In this document: piece by piece, positions 1-9,762 of the stretch
How positions within the stretch are numbered: the first letter of the stretch is position 1
Layout of the letters: each line of letters starts with the position of its first letter
Assembly: GCA_963663965.2 (NCBI GenBank)
Contig: CAXXFK010000010.1
Coordinates: forward strand, 224,001 to 288,000
DNA from: Sedimentisphaerales bacterium
GTDB taxonomy: Bacteria > Planctomycetota > Phycisphaerae > Sedimentisphaerales > SM23-30
Length of the DNA: 64,000 nucleotides
Direction: 5' to 3'
Translations under genes and position numbers: made by a program
Notes under the pieces: model-generated
The model's database searches: none
What the model saw: the letters and a program-made list of their open reading frames with translations, nothing else
What the model was told of the DNA's origin: nothing

Positions 1-1514
1 GAAATACCTCCATCCAGAATGACGGGTGTTTCTTCCGTTTCAGTTGTTGCGTCAACAAAACGGCCGGTCCAGCCATCCACCGTGTCAACTAAGGTATCTT
101 CAAAATCCCAGTGTCCCAGCAAGCGCCTGGTCATTAACCGGCCGGATTTTGACACATTCACTACCGAACTAAGACTGTTAGATACCTCACAATAATACAG
201 CCCTTCATCACCCTGGCTAATATTGCTCAGCGTTATCACTGCCGTAGTTGCCCCAGACACATTTTCGCCATCTATCAGGGGACTGGGGCTCCCTTCTTTA
301 TACCATCGATAAGTCTCTGCATTTTGCGCGCTTATCGAAAACTGGGCTACTTCACCCGCCTGAACGACAACAAAAGGCTCAGGATCCGATAGCACCAGCG
401 GATCGGGGGGTTCAGTCGTAAACGACCAGAGAGCGCCTTCATGAAGAATCTCGGGGCCCACAGTATTCGGTTCGTAAACGTCAATCCGCCAGTAGTAGGT
501 TTTTCCATAGTCCAGTGCCAATGCAGGTGTATAACTGGTATCCATCTTTTTGGAAACAATCTTGGAAGTCATTAGCAAATTGGGATCCGAAGTCAAATAA
601 ACATCATAGCCGTTTATAGTTTCGATACTGCCTGATTTCCATTCTAATATCGTATTAACTGAAACATTTCGGGTATAAGCCGGCTGTACTGGAAGCACTG
701 CGGCTGATGCCAGCGTGGCTGTTACAGTGCCGCCTGTTGCGTCATAAGCCATATCTATCCCAAAACCTTGCGGGCTGATAACATTAGCAAATGTGCCGTC
801 GCCATCGCCATTATTAACACCCCGAAAATTACTGATTCCAGTAAAAAGCGTCCAACTGTCACCAATTGAATATTCACCTGTCAGAATCATTTCTAAAGTT
901 GAATTGGCGCCAAGTTCGAGTATCAAAGAGCTTCCGGCCACTGTGGCAACGGTTGGACCATCTGTCTCGAATGCTAAGGTCCCGCTGTTATCCACCACAA
1001 ATTCATCCTGAACCGCCGAGGGAACTGCCTGTGGATAGTAATATACCCGGCCATCCAGAATTTCAATAGCCTTACGCCCATCCAGGAATCCTCCATTATA
1101 CACCACGACCTCACCGGTCCCCCCATCGCCAATAAACGTATCAATCCCAGTGCCTGAGACCTGAAGCGTTCCATAAATATCGACCGTTGCCTTGACCCCG
1201 GGATATCGCCCCACGATGACATCGTCACCCGTGTTCAACTGCATATTGGCCGGAATAACAAGCTCTCCGCTATTTTCATTACCCACCATCAGCATAAATG
1301 CCCCCAAAGGGCGATTATAATCGGTTGAGAGGATTGCCAGCCCGGTTACGGTCGCGTCCCCTCCTCCATTAACGCCGGGCAATCCCAGAGACCAGTTATC
1401 TGCCTGATTAAAGTCGTTATCGCCCAATGAATTATTGAATATCGTCTGTGCCGGCGATAGACTGCACAACGTAAGCAATAGAGTGATTCCGGTTATGAAT
1501 ATTCTCATTTTCAT
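1..1514 (-). CDS. Secreted Ig-like/LamG-domain protein, paralog of 1574..3811 (3' end runs off the window)
   Basis: Not in the ORF track. My translation from ATG 1514 (SD ACAGGAG upstream): MKMRIFITGITLLLTLCSLSPAQTIFNNSLGDNDFNQADNW...LDYGKTYYWRIDVYEPN...WSFTTEPP...DEGLYYCEVSN...RLMTRRLLGHWDFED. It is colinear with the neighbouring 745-aa protein. Confidence 0.85.
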   Translation of the reverse strand, partial: MKMRIFITGITLLLTLCSLSPAQTIFNNSLGDNDFNQADNWSLGLPGVNGGGDATVTGLAILSTDYNRPLGAFMLMVGNENSGELVIPANMQLNTGDDVIVGRYPGVKATVDIYGTLQVSGTGIDTFIGDGGTGEVVVYNGGFLDGRKAIEILDGRVYYYPQAVPSAVQDEFVVDNSGTLAFETDGPTVATVAGSSLILELGANSTLEMILTGEYSIGDSWTLFTGISNFRGVNNGDGDGTFANVISPQGFGIDMAYDATGGTVTATLASAAVLPVQPAYTRNVSVNTILEWKSGSIETINGYDVYLTSDPNLLMTSKIVSKKMDTSYTPALALDYGKTYYWRIDVYEPNTVGPEILHEGALWSFTTEPPDPLVLSDPEPFVVVQAGEVAQFSISAQNAETYRWYKEGSPSPLIDGENVSGATTAVITLSNISQGDEGLYYCEVSNSLSSVVNVSKSGRLMTRRLLGHWDFEDTLVDTVDGWTGRFVDATTETEETPVILDGGI

Positions 1515-1573
1515 AATTGAATTCTCCTGTATATAAATGATTAAGTTCATGTTAATGTCCGGTATGGATTGAT

Positions 1574-3811
1574 TTACATTTGAGGGCCAACGCGATTGGT
1601 TGAAAGCCACGAAGAACTGATAATGGCAAAATCATTGAGATCCACCACACAATCATTATTGAAATCATACGTAGGCCTTTGATAACAAATCGCTGTATGA
1701 CTCATATTGGCGTACATCTGAGCGACTTCAGTCGGGCTCAATGAGAACGTCCAGAGTGAAACTTCATCCAGATAACCCAGTAAAGGAGAATTCAAACCGT
1801 CAGCGGTAGCCGCACCAAATATCAGCGGTTGACTATTGGTTTCAGGCGTTACTTCGGATGGATCACTCATCGCAACCTGGATTCCGTCAGAATACAAAAA
1901 TACAATGCCGGTTAATGGATCGTAAGAACCGGTAATCATATGCCATTGACCATCCATAACGCCGGCCGGAATCCCAAGATCAACTATGGTACGCAGGGTA
2001 GAAATGGCATTATCGGCGTTATGATTGATCAGAAATCCCTGGGACTTATCCAGTTCCTGCTTCGACACCAGACAGCCATATCCATCCTGAGTTGTCTTGA
2101 CCCAGGCATTGACCGTATAGCCTTGTGGGTAGAAATTAAAGAAATCGACGCTGTCGGTTATCTGGATATGCCTGCCATCGCCCTCGAACTGAAAGGCTTT
2201 ACCAGCCAGGGTATTGGGCTCATCAAGCTGAACAAAGGTTGGGATCGGTAATGGATTGAGTTCGTTGGGGTCGTAGTAGATTCCTTCAAATCCGGAAATG
2301 TCATCCATTAAATCATCTTCAAAACTCCAGTGAGCGATCAATCGATGAGTTAACAATCTTGCCGGATTAGATTGAACCGTCACTTCTGAAGTACTGTTGG
2401 CTACGACACAATAGTATTCACCTTCATCCGGCTGTTCCACATTAGCAATCTGCAGCGTATTGGTATCGGCCCCGGAAATGTCGCCCCCATTCTGCAGGGG
2501 AACTGCTTCTCCAACTTTATACCAGGTAAAAATTTCCGCGTTGAAAGTTGCCACACTGAAAGTTGCAGATGATCCACTCGCAACCGTAACCGGTTGTGGG
2601 TGAACATCGATTTTGGGTTCCGGAGGTTCGGTCCTGAAGGTCCAAAGTGGTCCGACAGTCATCACATCCGGATCAGGAGCGTTGGGTTCATAGACATTGA
2701 CAAACCAGGCATAATCCGTTGCGTATTCCAGATCTCCACCCGGAAGCGGATCCACCGACGTGATGAGTTGCTGACTGACAATCTGATTCAGGCCATAATT
2801 GGGCAGCATTTCATTGGGATCTGTGCCAAAATAGACATCGTATTTCGTAGGGGTGACTGTCGGCCCCGGTTCCCAGTTCAGAATCGATGAAATCGGCACA
2901 CGAATCTGGTTATGAGTCGGACTGACCGGTTTAACCAGAATTGAGGTTAATGTAACCACTATCGAGCCATCTGCTCCCCCGTCAGGTGGATTATAGACGA
3001 TATCAAAGGTAGCCCCTTGTTTATTAACCACTTCACTGAATACACCTGTCCCGGTTCCATTAGCGCCGGTAAAACTACCCACTCCATTGAAGAGTGTCCA
3101 ACTATCCCCGATTTGATAGGCGCCACCCAGAATGATTTCAACCTTGGCATCAGCACCGATACTCAAAACATAACCATCGGTATCTCCAGCAACTACTGTG
3201 CCAACTTCCGTTCCATCAGTCACAAATGCAATCGTCCCATCATCCCATACCTCATAAAGATCCTTGGGGGCCGAGGCGACAACCTGCGGATAATACGTCA
3301 CCTTACCGTTGCGAATATAGGTCCCTTTGACACCATTCAACAAACCCCCGTTATAAACATTTACATAACCAACTCCTCCAGCCGTATCGCCTACCAGAAT
3401 GTACGAATTATTACCCCGCGCGTCGAGCATTCCGTAAAGTTCGACATATCCAACTGATCCTGCTCCTACACCAATCTGGATATCCTCTGCCGAATTACCT
3501 TTATAGACTTCGTGGCCAGCATTCACGATTAAAGTACCACTGGTACCATCCTGCCCAATTATAATGTCTATATCCGGCTCACCGCCGCCTCCAAACGAGG
3601 CGGTGGTACTTGCTGTCAGTCCGTTTTTTATAACCAGATCGTATTCATCCTCACTTTGACTCGGATCAGGCAATCCATTAGTCCAGTTGGCTGGATCATT
3701 AAAATCCTGATTACCTAAAGCATCGGTAAACACCGATTGCCCAAAGGACACTTGTAAGGTATTAAATAATAAAATACTTACCAGCCAGACGAATTTTCTC
3801 TTCATGACCAT
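1574..3811 (-). CDS. Secreted multidomain protein: beta-rich N-terminus, Ig-like domain, LamG/concanavalin-like domain, C-terminal dockerin-like EF-hand
   Basis: Signal peptide; Ig motif DEGEYYCVV; LamG motifs (LIAHWSFED, GQWHMITGSYD, GYLDEVSLW); C-terminal DFNNDCVVDLNDFAIISSSWL. Confidence 0.85.
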   Translation of the reverse strand: MVMKRKFVWLVSILLFNTLQVSFGQSVFTDALGNQDFNDPANWTNGLPDPSQSEDEYDLVIKNGLTASTTASFGGGGEPDIDIIIGQDGTSGTLIVNAGHEVYKGNSAEDIQIGVGAGSVGYVELYGMLDARGNNSYILVGDTAGGVGYVNVYNGGLLNGVKGTYIRNGKVTYYPQVVASAPKDLYEVWDDGTIAFVTDGTEVGTVVAGDTDGYVLSIGADAKVEIILGGAYQIGDSWTLFNGVGSFTGANGTGTGVFSEVVNKQGATFDIVYNPPDGGADGSIVVTLTSILVKPVSPTHNQIRVPISSILNWEPGPTVTPTKYDVYFGTDPNEMLPNYGLNQIVSQQLITSVDPLPGGDLEYATDYAWFVNVYEPNAPDPDVMTVGPLWTFRTEPPEPKIDVHPQPVTVASGSSATFSVATFNAEIFTWYKVGEAVPLQNGGDISGADTNTLQIANVEQPDEGEYYCVVANSTSEVTVQSNPARLLTHRLIAHWSFEDDLMDDISGFEGIYYDPNELNPLPIPTFVQLDEPNTLAGKAFQFEGDGRHIQITDSVDFFNFYPQGYTVNAWVKTTQDGYGCLVSKQELDKSQGFLINHNADNAISTLRTIVDLGIPAGVMDGQWHMITGSYDPLTGIVFLYSDGIQVAMSDPSEVTPETNSQPLIFGAATADGLNSPLLGYLDEVSLWTFSLSPTEVAQMYANMSHTAICYQRPTYDFNNDCVVDLNDFAIISSSWLSTNRVGPQM

Positions 3812-4184
3812 AATCTCCTTCGGTTAAAAGAGTTAGATTAACACATAACATATCCATCTATTACTGGATATGAATATTTATAGTTATATTGCTCGACAAA
3901 TCTTTATATTAACAGCATTCAGCGTATTATTTTTGACATGTACCTTAATTATTGTATATCCTTCCAAGCAAAATCAAGAACGAAAAAATCCCCGAACCAA
4001 TATAAAATCTTGGCTTTCACTTTAAGAATGGCCGTAAATGTGGCATTTTATCCAATTGAATACCCCCACCATTGCACTCAACACACGTTAGAATCCACAC
4101 ATAAGCGGCTTATAAGACACTCTTAAATAAAGACTTATTGTATCAAAATTTAAACCTCCGCAATAACAGCCAGATCTCTTCCTG

Positions 4185-5459
4185 CTATTTGTCCTGGTTA
4201 TTGATACTGGTCATCCAAACCGCTCGAATCGCATCTTCGTCCCCCCATCCCTGGGGTACCCGGTCGCCTGGATTATTTGCATAATACCAGCGCATCTTAT
4301 CCAGTGGAGATTGTAAAATGCGACTGCCTGGCATCTGCAGGTAACCATCAGGATCATTCGTTCGAACCCAGTCCCAGGCATAGCGCAGCCATTCTTTTCG
4401 ATAATTCTTATCCTGATGGGCAAACCAGGTAATTTCATCATATCCCCACACCCAGCAACTACCGTTACTTGGTTGACCCGGACGACGACTCACACCCCAG
4501 TTATCCAGTTCCACCAGATAGGGTAAATGTTGACAGGACCATCCACTATATGTTTTTCCCCCTTTACTTCGCTTAAAAATACTATCCAGATAGCCAATTT
4601 CTAAAATTCCCTCCATGGGTTTATCCGGCACCTCTTTAATCCGTAAAGGAAATGAATGAAAATCCAGCAATAAATCCTCTCCATGCAACAGCCCTCCACT
4701 GGGAACATGGCCATCGCAGATCAGCATATGACGCCGGGCGGACCGGCCGGCATAAGCCCGCACCCGTTTAAGCAAATCCGCCCAGTGATTATTTTGTTTG
4801 TCATTATGATTCATAATCTCGACCTGGCCGAAATGAATCGCTTCAAAACCGAGATCGATATATGAAGCGGCCAGGAAATAGAACCACAATCGGGTTTCCA
4901 TCTTACTGATATCCGGCACCGAGGCATTATTACCCCAGTTGCGACGCTGGCCTTCAGGATAGATAATATCCTGGTAACGGAAATTCCGCTTTTCGACGGG
5001 CAGGTCCCAGGCCTGAAAAACCCAGTCTGGTATGGGCACCTGCTCGACCTGGGTACTGACGATCTCAAAGACACAGGCCTGCAAAACCATATCCGGATCG
5101 GCCTGATGGACCAATGGGACCTGCCGTCTGGCCCGCTCGAAATTGGCCAGCAGATCGGCTTCACCCCCCCAAAGACAAATGCTGCGTCCAATGAATTTGG
5201 CCCCGGTCGAATGGAGCATACGGATATTGTCCTCCAGATCGCCACGGCCATTCAGCAATCCTTCCATAGTAATGGACCGGGCCAGATACCGCTCTAAAGT
5301 TTCCCGGGATATCACACGATCAAACATATAGGGATTGGGATTGGTTTTTTCTAAAGCCACTGGAAGTAGTAATGGAGTTGGTGTGTCGAGAATCTGACTA
5401 TTTCCAGCTATACTCAACGCACTGATCATACCAGCAATAATAAACCCTGTACACTTCAT
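4185..5459 (-). CDS. Secreted hypothetical protein, Trp-rich, possibly a glycoside-hydrolase-like TIM barrel
   Basis: 424-aa ORF with signal-peptide-like N-terminus and SD GGAG upstream. Family not recognised. Confidence 0.75.
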   Translation of the reverse strand: MKCTGFIIAGMISALSIAGNSQILDTPTPLLLPVALEKTNPNPYMFDRVISRETLERYLARSITMEGLLNGRGDLEDNIRMLHSTGAKFIGRSICLWGGEADLLANFERARRQVPLVHQADPDMVLQACVFEIVSTQVEQVPIPDWVFQAWDLPVEKRNFRYQDIIYPEGQRRNWGNNASVPDISKMETRLWFYFLAASYIDLGFEAIHFGQVEIMNHNDKQNNHWADLLKRVRAYAGRSARRHMLICDGHVPSGGLLHGEDLLLDFHSFPLRIKEVPDKPMEGILEIGYLDSIFKRSKGGKTYSGWSCQHLPYLVELDNWGVSRRPGQPSNGSCWVWGYDEITWFAHQDKNYRKEWLRYAWDWVRTNDPDGYLQMPGSRILQSPLDKMRWYYANNPGDRVPQGWGDEDAIRAVWMTSINNQDK

Positions 5460-5678
5460 GGCGATCTCCAGTTTATGATCATTTTTTCAAAAATAACCGA
5501 TACAGTCATCCAGAATAACGGTTATCCGCCCCGTTTATTTAGTAAACCTGTTAAGAAGAACAATATTTAAACTTAAAATGTTAATCTTGTGGCGTCTTAA
5601 CATCCACCAAATAAATAAACACATAAAGCATTACAATATAAATACTTATAAAACCATGATGCTTTCTGCAATTTTTTA

Positions 5679-5706
5679 TTTACAATTTAAACAATTTGGA
5701 TATAAT
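5679..5706 (+). promoter_or_regulatory. sigma70-type promoter of rpmE
   Basis: TTTACA-16 nt-TATAAT about 50 bp before the rpmE start. Confidence 0.55.
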
Positions 5707-5757
5707 ACACGACTCAAAATTTAATTAGTCAATCTTAATATCTACGGAGATGATACA

Positions 5758-5982
5758 GTGAAAGAAGGAATTCATCCCAAATACGACACTGCCAAGGTGA
5801 AATGTGGTTGCGGCAATGAGTTTACCACCCGTTCCACAATGAGCGAGATCAATGTTGAAATCTGTTCAGCCTGCCACCCTTTCTATACGGGCAAACAGAA
5901 ATTTGTTGATACCGCAGGCAGAATTGATAAATTCAAGAAGAAATTCAGCGGAAAGTACACGTTCAACGCGAAAAAATCTTAG
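5758..5982 (+). CDS. rpmE: 50S ribosomal protein L31 (Zn-binding type)
   Basis: MKEGIHPKY...CGCGN...[29 protein letters not shown] start with SD GGAG. Confidence 0.97.
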   Translation: MKEGIHPKYDTAKVKCGCGNEFTTRSTMSEINVEICSACHPFYTGKQKFVDTAGRIDKFKKKFSGKYTFNAKKS

Positions 5983-5999
5983 TTACCTTAATTAATAAT

Positions 6000-6048
6000 C
6001 ACGCTGTCTTCGAGTTGACTCTCAACTACTGAGACAGCGTGTTTTTTT
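6000..6048 (+). terminator. Intrinsic terminator between rpmE and prfA
   Basis: CACGCTGTCT...AGACAGCGTG stem with an inner AGTTGA/TCAACT stem, followed by a T7 run. Confidence 0.7.
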
Positions 6049-6101
6049 ATGCCCCTAAAACGTGATGGTGCGTAACACCTTCTCAACAAGGGATTTATTA
6101 C

Positions 6102-7205
6102 ATGAAAACCTTGCAAATCAGTCTAACCGATCAGAAAATCCTTGATAAACTGGCCAGTTTCGCTGAAGAATTAGACCGGATCGAAAAGCAAATGAACGAG
6201 CCGGAAATTGCCAGCAACCCGGCCAGGATCACGCAATTATCCAAGGATCACGGCCGGCTCAGAAATATGGTTGAGCCATTTTATGAGTTTCAGAAGATCA
6301 TGAAGGACCACCAGGGTGCGGTCGAGATGCTTGAATCCCCCGATTGCGATGCGGAAACCCGTATGATGGCAGAGGAGGAACTCGACATTCTGAACAATCT
6401 GTTTACGGAAAAGCTTAACCTGTTGAAAGAAAAGCTGGTGATGTCGGATGACGCGGCCATTGATTCGGTCATTATGGAAATTCGCGCTGGAACCGGTGGT
6501 GAAGAAGCGGCCCTGTTTGCCGGCGATCTGTATAATATGTACATGAAGTATTGTGAAAATCAGGGCTGGCAGGTGGAGCCGATGAGTTTTTCGCCTTCGG
6601 ATATGGGAGGCTACCGTGAAATCATCCTGGGCATAAAAGGCGATGGCGCCTGGTCAAAGCTGGGTTACGAAGGCGGCGGGCATCGGGTACAGCGGGTACC
6701 CGAAACCGAATCGCAGGGCCGAATCCACACATCCGCGGCAACAGTAGCGGTCTTGCCGGAACCGGAAGAAGTGGAGATTGATCTTAAAAAAGATGAGGTT
6801 ATCGAGCATGTCTGCCGATCCAGTGGTCCGGGCGGGCAGAATGTAAACAAAGTCAACTCCGCAATTAAACTGGAACACATCCCTACGGGGATTACGGTCA
6901 GTATGCAAGATGAAAAAAGCCAGCATAAAAACCGGGCCAAGGCCTGGCGTATTTTACGCAGCCGGGTCTATGAAAAATATATGCAGGACAAACACGCGGA
7001 ACGGTCAGCCACCCGGAAAAACATGATTGGCTCCGGGGATCGGTCACAGCGGATACGCACCTATAATTTCCCACAGAACCGGGTAACTGACCATCGAATC
7101 AACCTGACCTTGTACAGCCTGGACAAATTTATTTTGGGCGATATGGATGACATGATCGCCGGCCTGGTCGATTACGACAAACAACAGCGCCTGGCTAATC
7201 TATAA
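6102..7205 (+). CDS. prfA: Peptide chain release factor 1
   Basis: EIRAGTGGEEAALF, HRVQRVPETE (PxT), GPGGQNVN, IRTYNFPQNRVTDHR. Confidence 0.97.
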   Translation: MKTLQISLTDQKILDKLASFAEELDRIEKQMNEPEIASNPARITQLSKDHGRLRNMVEPFYEFQKIMKDHQGAVEMLESPDCDAETRMMAEEELDILNNLFTEKLNLLKEKLVMSDDAAIDSVIMEIRAGTGGEEAALFAGDLYNMYMKYCENQGWQVEPMSFSPSDMGGYREIILGIKGDGAWSKLGYEGGGHRVQRVPETESQGRIHTSAATVAVLPEPEEVEIDLKKDEVIEHVCRSSGPGGQNVNKVNSAIKLEHIPTGITVSMQDEKSQHKNRAKAWRILRSRVYEKYMQDKHAERSATRKNMIGSGDRSQRIRTYNFPQNRVTDHRINLTLYSLDKFILGDMDDMIAGLVDYDKQQRLANL

Positions 7206-7212
7206 ATCTGGC

Positions 7213-8034
7213 ATGATCACCAGTACTAAAAATCCACTCATCAAAAAATACCTGGCTCTCCGTGATAAAAAAGATCGTTCACTATACAAACTATTTACGA
7301 TCGAAGGAGAAAAGGAGATCCTTCACGCGGTTAAGAACGGGATTGTATTGGATACGGTTTTATTTACCCCGGAATTGATGAAAGGCAATCAGCAACTCCG
7401 TTCGGCTGGATCGATACAATCCTTTATCGAACAACAGCCCAAACCCCGGCCCGGTATGATGGAACTATCGTCTTCGGCCTATCGAAAAATTGCGTATCGA
7501 CAAAACGTGGAAGGCATTGCCGTATTGGCAAAACTGCCCGAACGTAACCTGGGCAATTTAAACCTGTCAGATAATCCCCTGTTGTTAATCCTGCATAATA
7601 TCGAAAAACCCGGTAATCTGGGTGCGCTGCTGCGCACGGCCGATGGCGCCGGAGTCGACGCCGTTTTAGTGATCAGTGAAACCGGGGCCGACCTTTATAA
7701 TCCTAACGTCATCCGCGCCAGCCTGGGAGCCATTTTCACCCTGCCAGTACTGTCGGTTGACTTAAAAACCCTGCGTGATTGGCTGAAAGCACGTCATATA
7801 ACCACCGTGATGACCACTCCGGATACTGATCAACCGTATTCGGCCGCTGATCTGACCGGTCCGATCGCCATCGTTCTGGGCAGTGAAGATGAAGGACTCC
7901 CCCACAACTGGCTGGCCGAAGAATCCTGCCTGGTTAATATTCCCATGCGCGGGCAAATGGATTCTCTCAATGTCTCTTGCGCCGGTGCTATCGTTCTCTA
8001 CGAGGCCATACGACAACGCCATTCCAGCCGGTAA
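7213..8034 (+). CDS. TrmH/SpoU family RNA methyltransferase
   Basis: EKPGNLGALLRTADGAG, VLGSEDEGL, IPMRGQMDSLNVS SPOUT motifs. Confidence 0.93.
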   Translation: MITSTKNPLIKKYLALRDKKDRSLYKLFTIEGEKEILHAVKNGIVLDTVLFTPELMKGNQQLRSAGSIQSFIEQQPKPRPGMMELSSSAYRKIAYRQNVEGIAVLAKLPERNLGNLNLSDNPLLLILHNIEKPGNLGALLRTADGAGVDAVLVISETGADLYNPNVIRASLGAIFTLPVLSVDLKTLRDWLKARHITTVMTTPDTDQPYSAADLTGPIAIVLGSEDEGLPHNWLAEESCLVNIPMRGQMDSLNVSCAGAIVLYEAIRQRHSSR

Positions 8035-8038
8035 TAGG

Positions 8039-8659
8039 TTACAACTCCACAAAGTTTTTCAATATCTGCAAACCGAGATTCTGTGATTTTTCCGGGTGAA
8101 ACTGGGTAGCCATGACATTATCTTTGCTGATACTGGAGACAAAATCGATCCCATGGTGCGTAATGGTAGCGGCCACTTCCGGATCACGGGGAGCCACGTA
8201 ATAGGAGTGGACAAAATAGACAAAGGCCTCATCAGGTATTTCACGATATAACGGCACTCCCGGCTTAATCGTAAGCGAATTCCACCCCATATGGGGGATC
8301 TTCAAGGTTTTTTCCTGAGGATGGCCGCTAAAATCGAACTTTCTGACATCGCCGGGGATAACACCCAGGCCTTCATATTCTCCCTCTTCATAACTGACTT
8401 CAAACAGGAGCTGCAAGCCCAGGCAGATCCCCAGGAACCACTTTCCACTCTGGATCGCCTGTTGGATCGGCTCTACCAATCCTTTCGTTTGCAATGCGGC
8501 GATCGCGTCGCGAAAAGCGCCGACACCGGGCAAAACCACTTTATCGGCATCCGCGATCTCCTGGGGCGTCGTCACGATCTTCACTTCCCCACCCACTTTT
8601 TCAAAGCCCTTGATCACGCTGTGCAGGTTGCCCATTTCATAATCAATCACTGCAATCAT
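8039..8659 (-). CDS. hisH: Imidazole glycerol phosphate synthase, glutaminase subunit
   Basis: [37 protein letters not shown]. Confidence 0.97.
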   Translation of the reverse strand: MIAVIDYEMGNLHSVIKGFEKVGGEVKIVTTPQEIADADKVVLPGVGAFRDAIAALQTKGLVEPIQQAIQSGKWFLGICLGLQLLFEVSYEEGEYEGLGVIPGDVRKFDFSGHPQEKTLKIPHMGWNSLTIKPGVPLYREIPDEAFVYFVHSYYVAPRDPEVAATITHHGIDFVSSISKDNVMATQFHPEKSQNLGLQILKNFVEL

Positions 8660-8759
8660 AACTGCTCCAAAAAATTAACCGGTCCAATCTCGTCAACGGT
8701 CCACGAAAACCGCCGCGAGATAAGACCGGTTTAATTGCTAATGTCTATTCAAACTATTA

Positions 8760-9389
8760 TCAGCGGGTATAAACTACGATCTCAACCCGGCGGTTGCGTT
8801 CCTTCGAAGTGCCCACCGGATGATACTGGCCACGGCCGGCGGCGACCAGATGCTTCGCCTGAACCCCGTTTTCCACCAATTGACGTACAACGGCCAGGGC
8901 GCGTTCCGTCGATAACTGCCAGTTATCCGCCCACTTGCTCTTCTTGATCGGATCGGTATCGGTATGGCCAATAACCCAGACTTCTTTGCCATTGTGTTCA
9001 CGATTGATAATCGAAGCGATCTGACCAAGCTGCGATTTCGTCTTCAGCGTCACCGAGCCGGAATCGAACAAAATGTTGGTATCCAGGGTTACCGTAATGG
9101 TACCTTTGGCTTCATCGTAAGTACCGCCCATTTTCTCCAGACCACCGGGTTGACGTTCCGGTTTGGCCCGTTCGGTCTGCAAATCACGCAACGCGCGCTG
9201 TAACTCCTGCTCCAAACGCTGTCGTTCAGAATCACACTGCTGCTGGGATTGATTCGCTCCATCGAACAGCGCCTGGCAATTTTCCAGCTCCGCTTTACAA
9301 GCATCGTACTGCTGTTTATAACATCCGGTCGAAAAACCAACCAGAACCACCATGGCACAAATCCACAGGCAAGAGATCATTCGTTTCAT
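8760..9389 (-). CDS. OmpA/MotB-family peptidoglycan-binding lipoprotein
   Basis: Lipobox-like STGC, coiled coil, ILFDSGS, GHTDTDP, NWQLSTERA, NRRVEI. Confidence 0.88.
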   Translation of the reverse strand: MKRMISCLWICAMVVLVGFSTGCYKQQYDACKAELENCQALFDGANQSQQQCDSERQRLEQELQRALRDLQTERAKPERQPGGLEKMGGTYDEAKGTITVTLDTNILFDSGSVTLKTKSQLGQIASIINREHNGKEVWVIGHTDTDPIKKSKWADNWQLSTERALAVVRQLVENGVQAKHLVAAGRGQYHPVGTSKERNRRVEIVVYTR

Positions 9390-9709
9390 TGGGATTGCTC
9401 CTTCTTAGTTTTATCGGCATTTATCTGGTCAAGCACTTCTTGACGCACTTTCTTTCGCTCTTGCTCACTCTGACGCATTGAGCGGATATCTTTAAATAAT
9501 TTAATGATAGTTCGTGAAAACAGGGTCAGGGTAGCGCCCAGGCTGGCGGATCCTATAATTAATGCAAATACCGGAGCTTGCCAGAGACTCCATTTCAAGA
9601 ACTTAATCGTGACGCGCTCACTGTTGCTGGCCATAAAGATCAGCACGATCAATGCTAAAAACACTAATAATGCGATCTGACTATATAACCATACTTTACG
9701 GAAGGTCAT
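9386..9709 (-). CDS. LapA/DUF1049-like small membrane protein
   Basis: Two hydrophobic helices (FMASNSERVTIKFL) and a charged tail. Start moved to ATG 9709 because of SD GGAGG. Confidence 0.7.
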   Translation of the reverse strand: MTFRKVWLYSQIALLVFLALIVLIFMASNSERVTIKFLKWSLWQAPVFALIIGSASLGATLTLFSRTIIKLFKDIRSMRQSEQERKKVRQEVLDQINADKTKKEQSQ

Positions 9710-9762
9710 GCGTGACCTCCAAATATTCATTTATTATATCGTTTTCAAAAAATCTGATTGGC

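Noticed and set aside
347..1228. Short ORFs listed in the track
   Set aside because: They overlap the real minus-strand gene 1..1514, which runs off the window.
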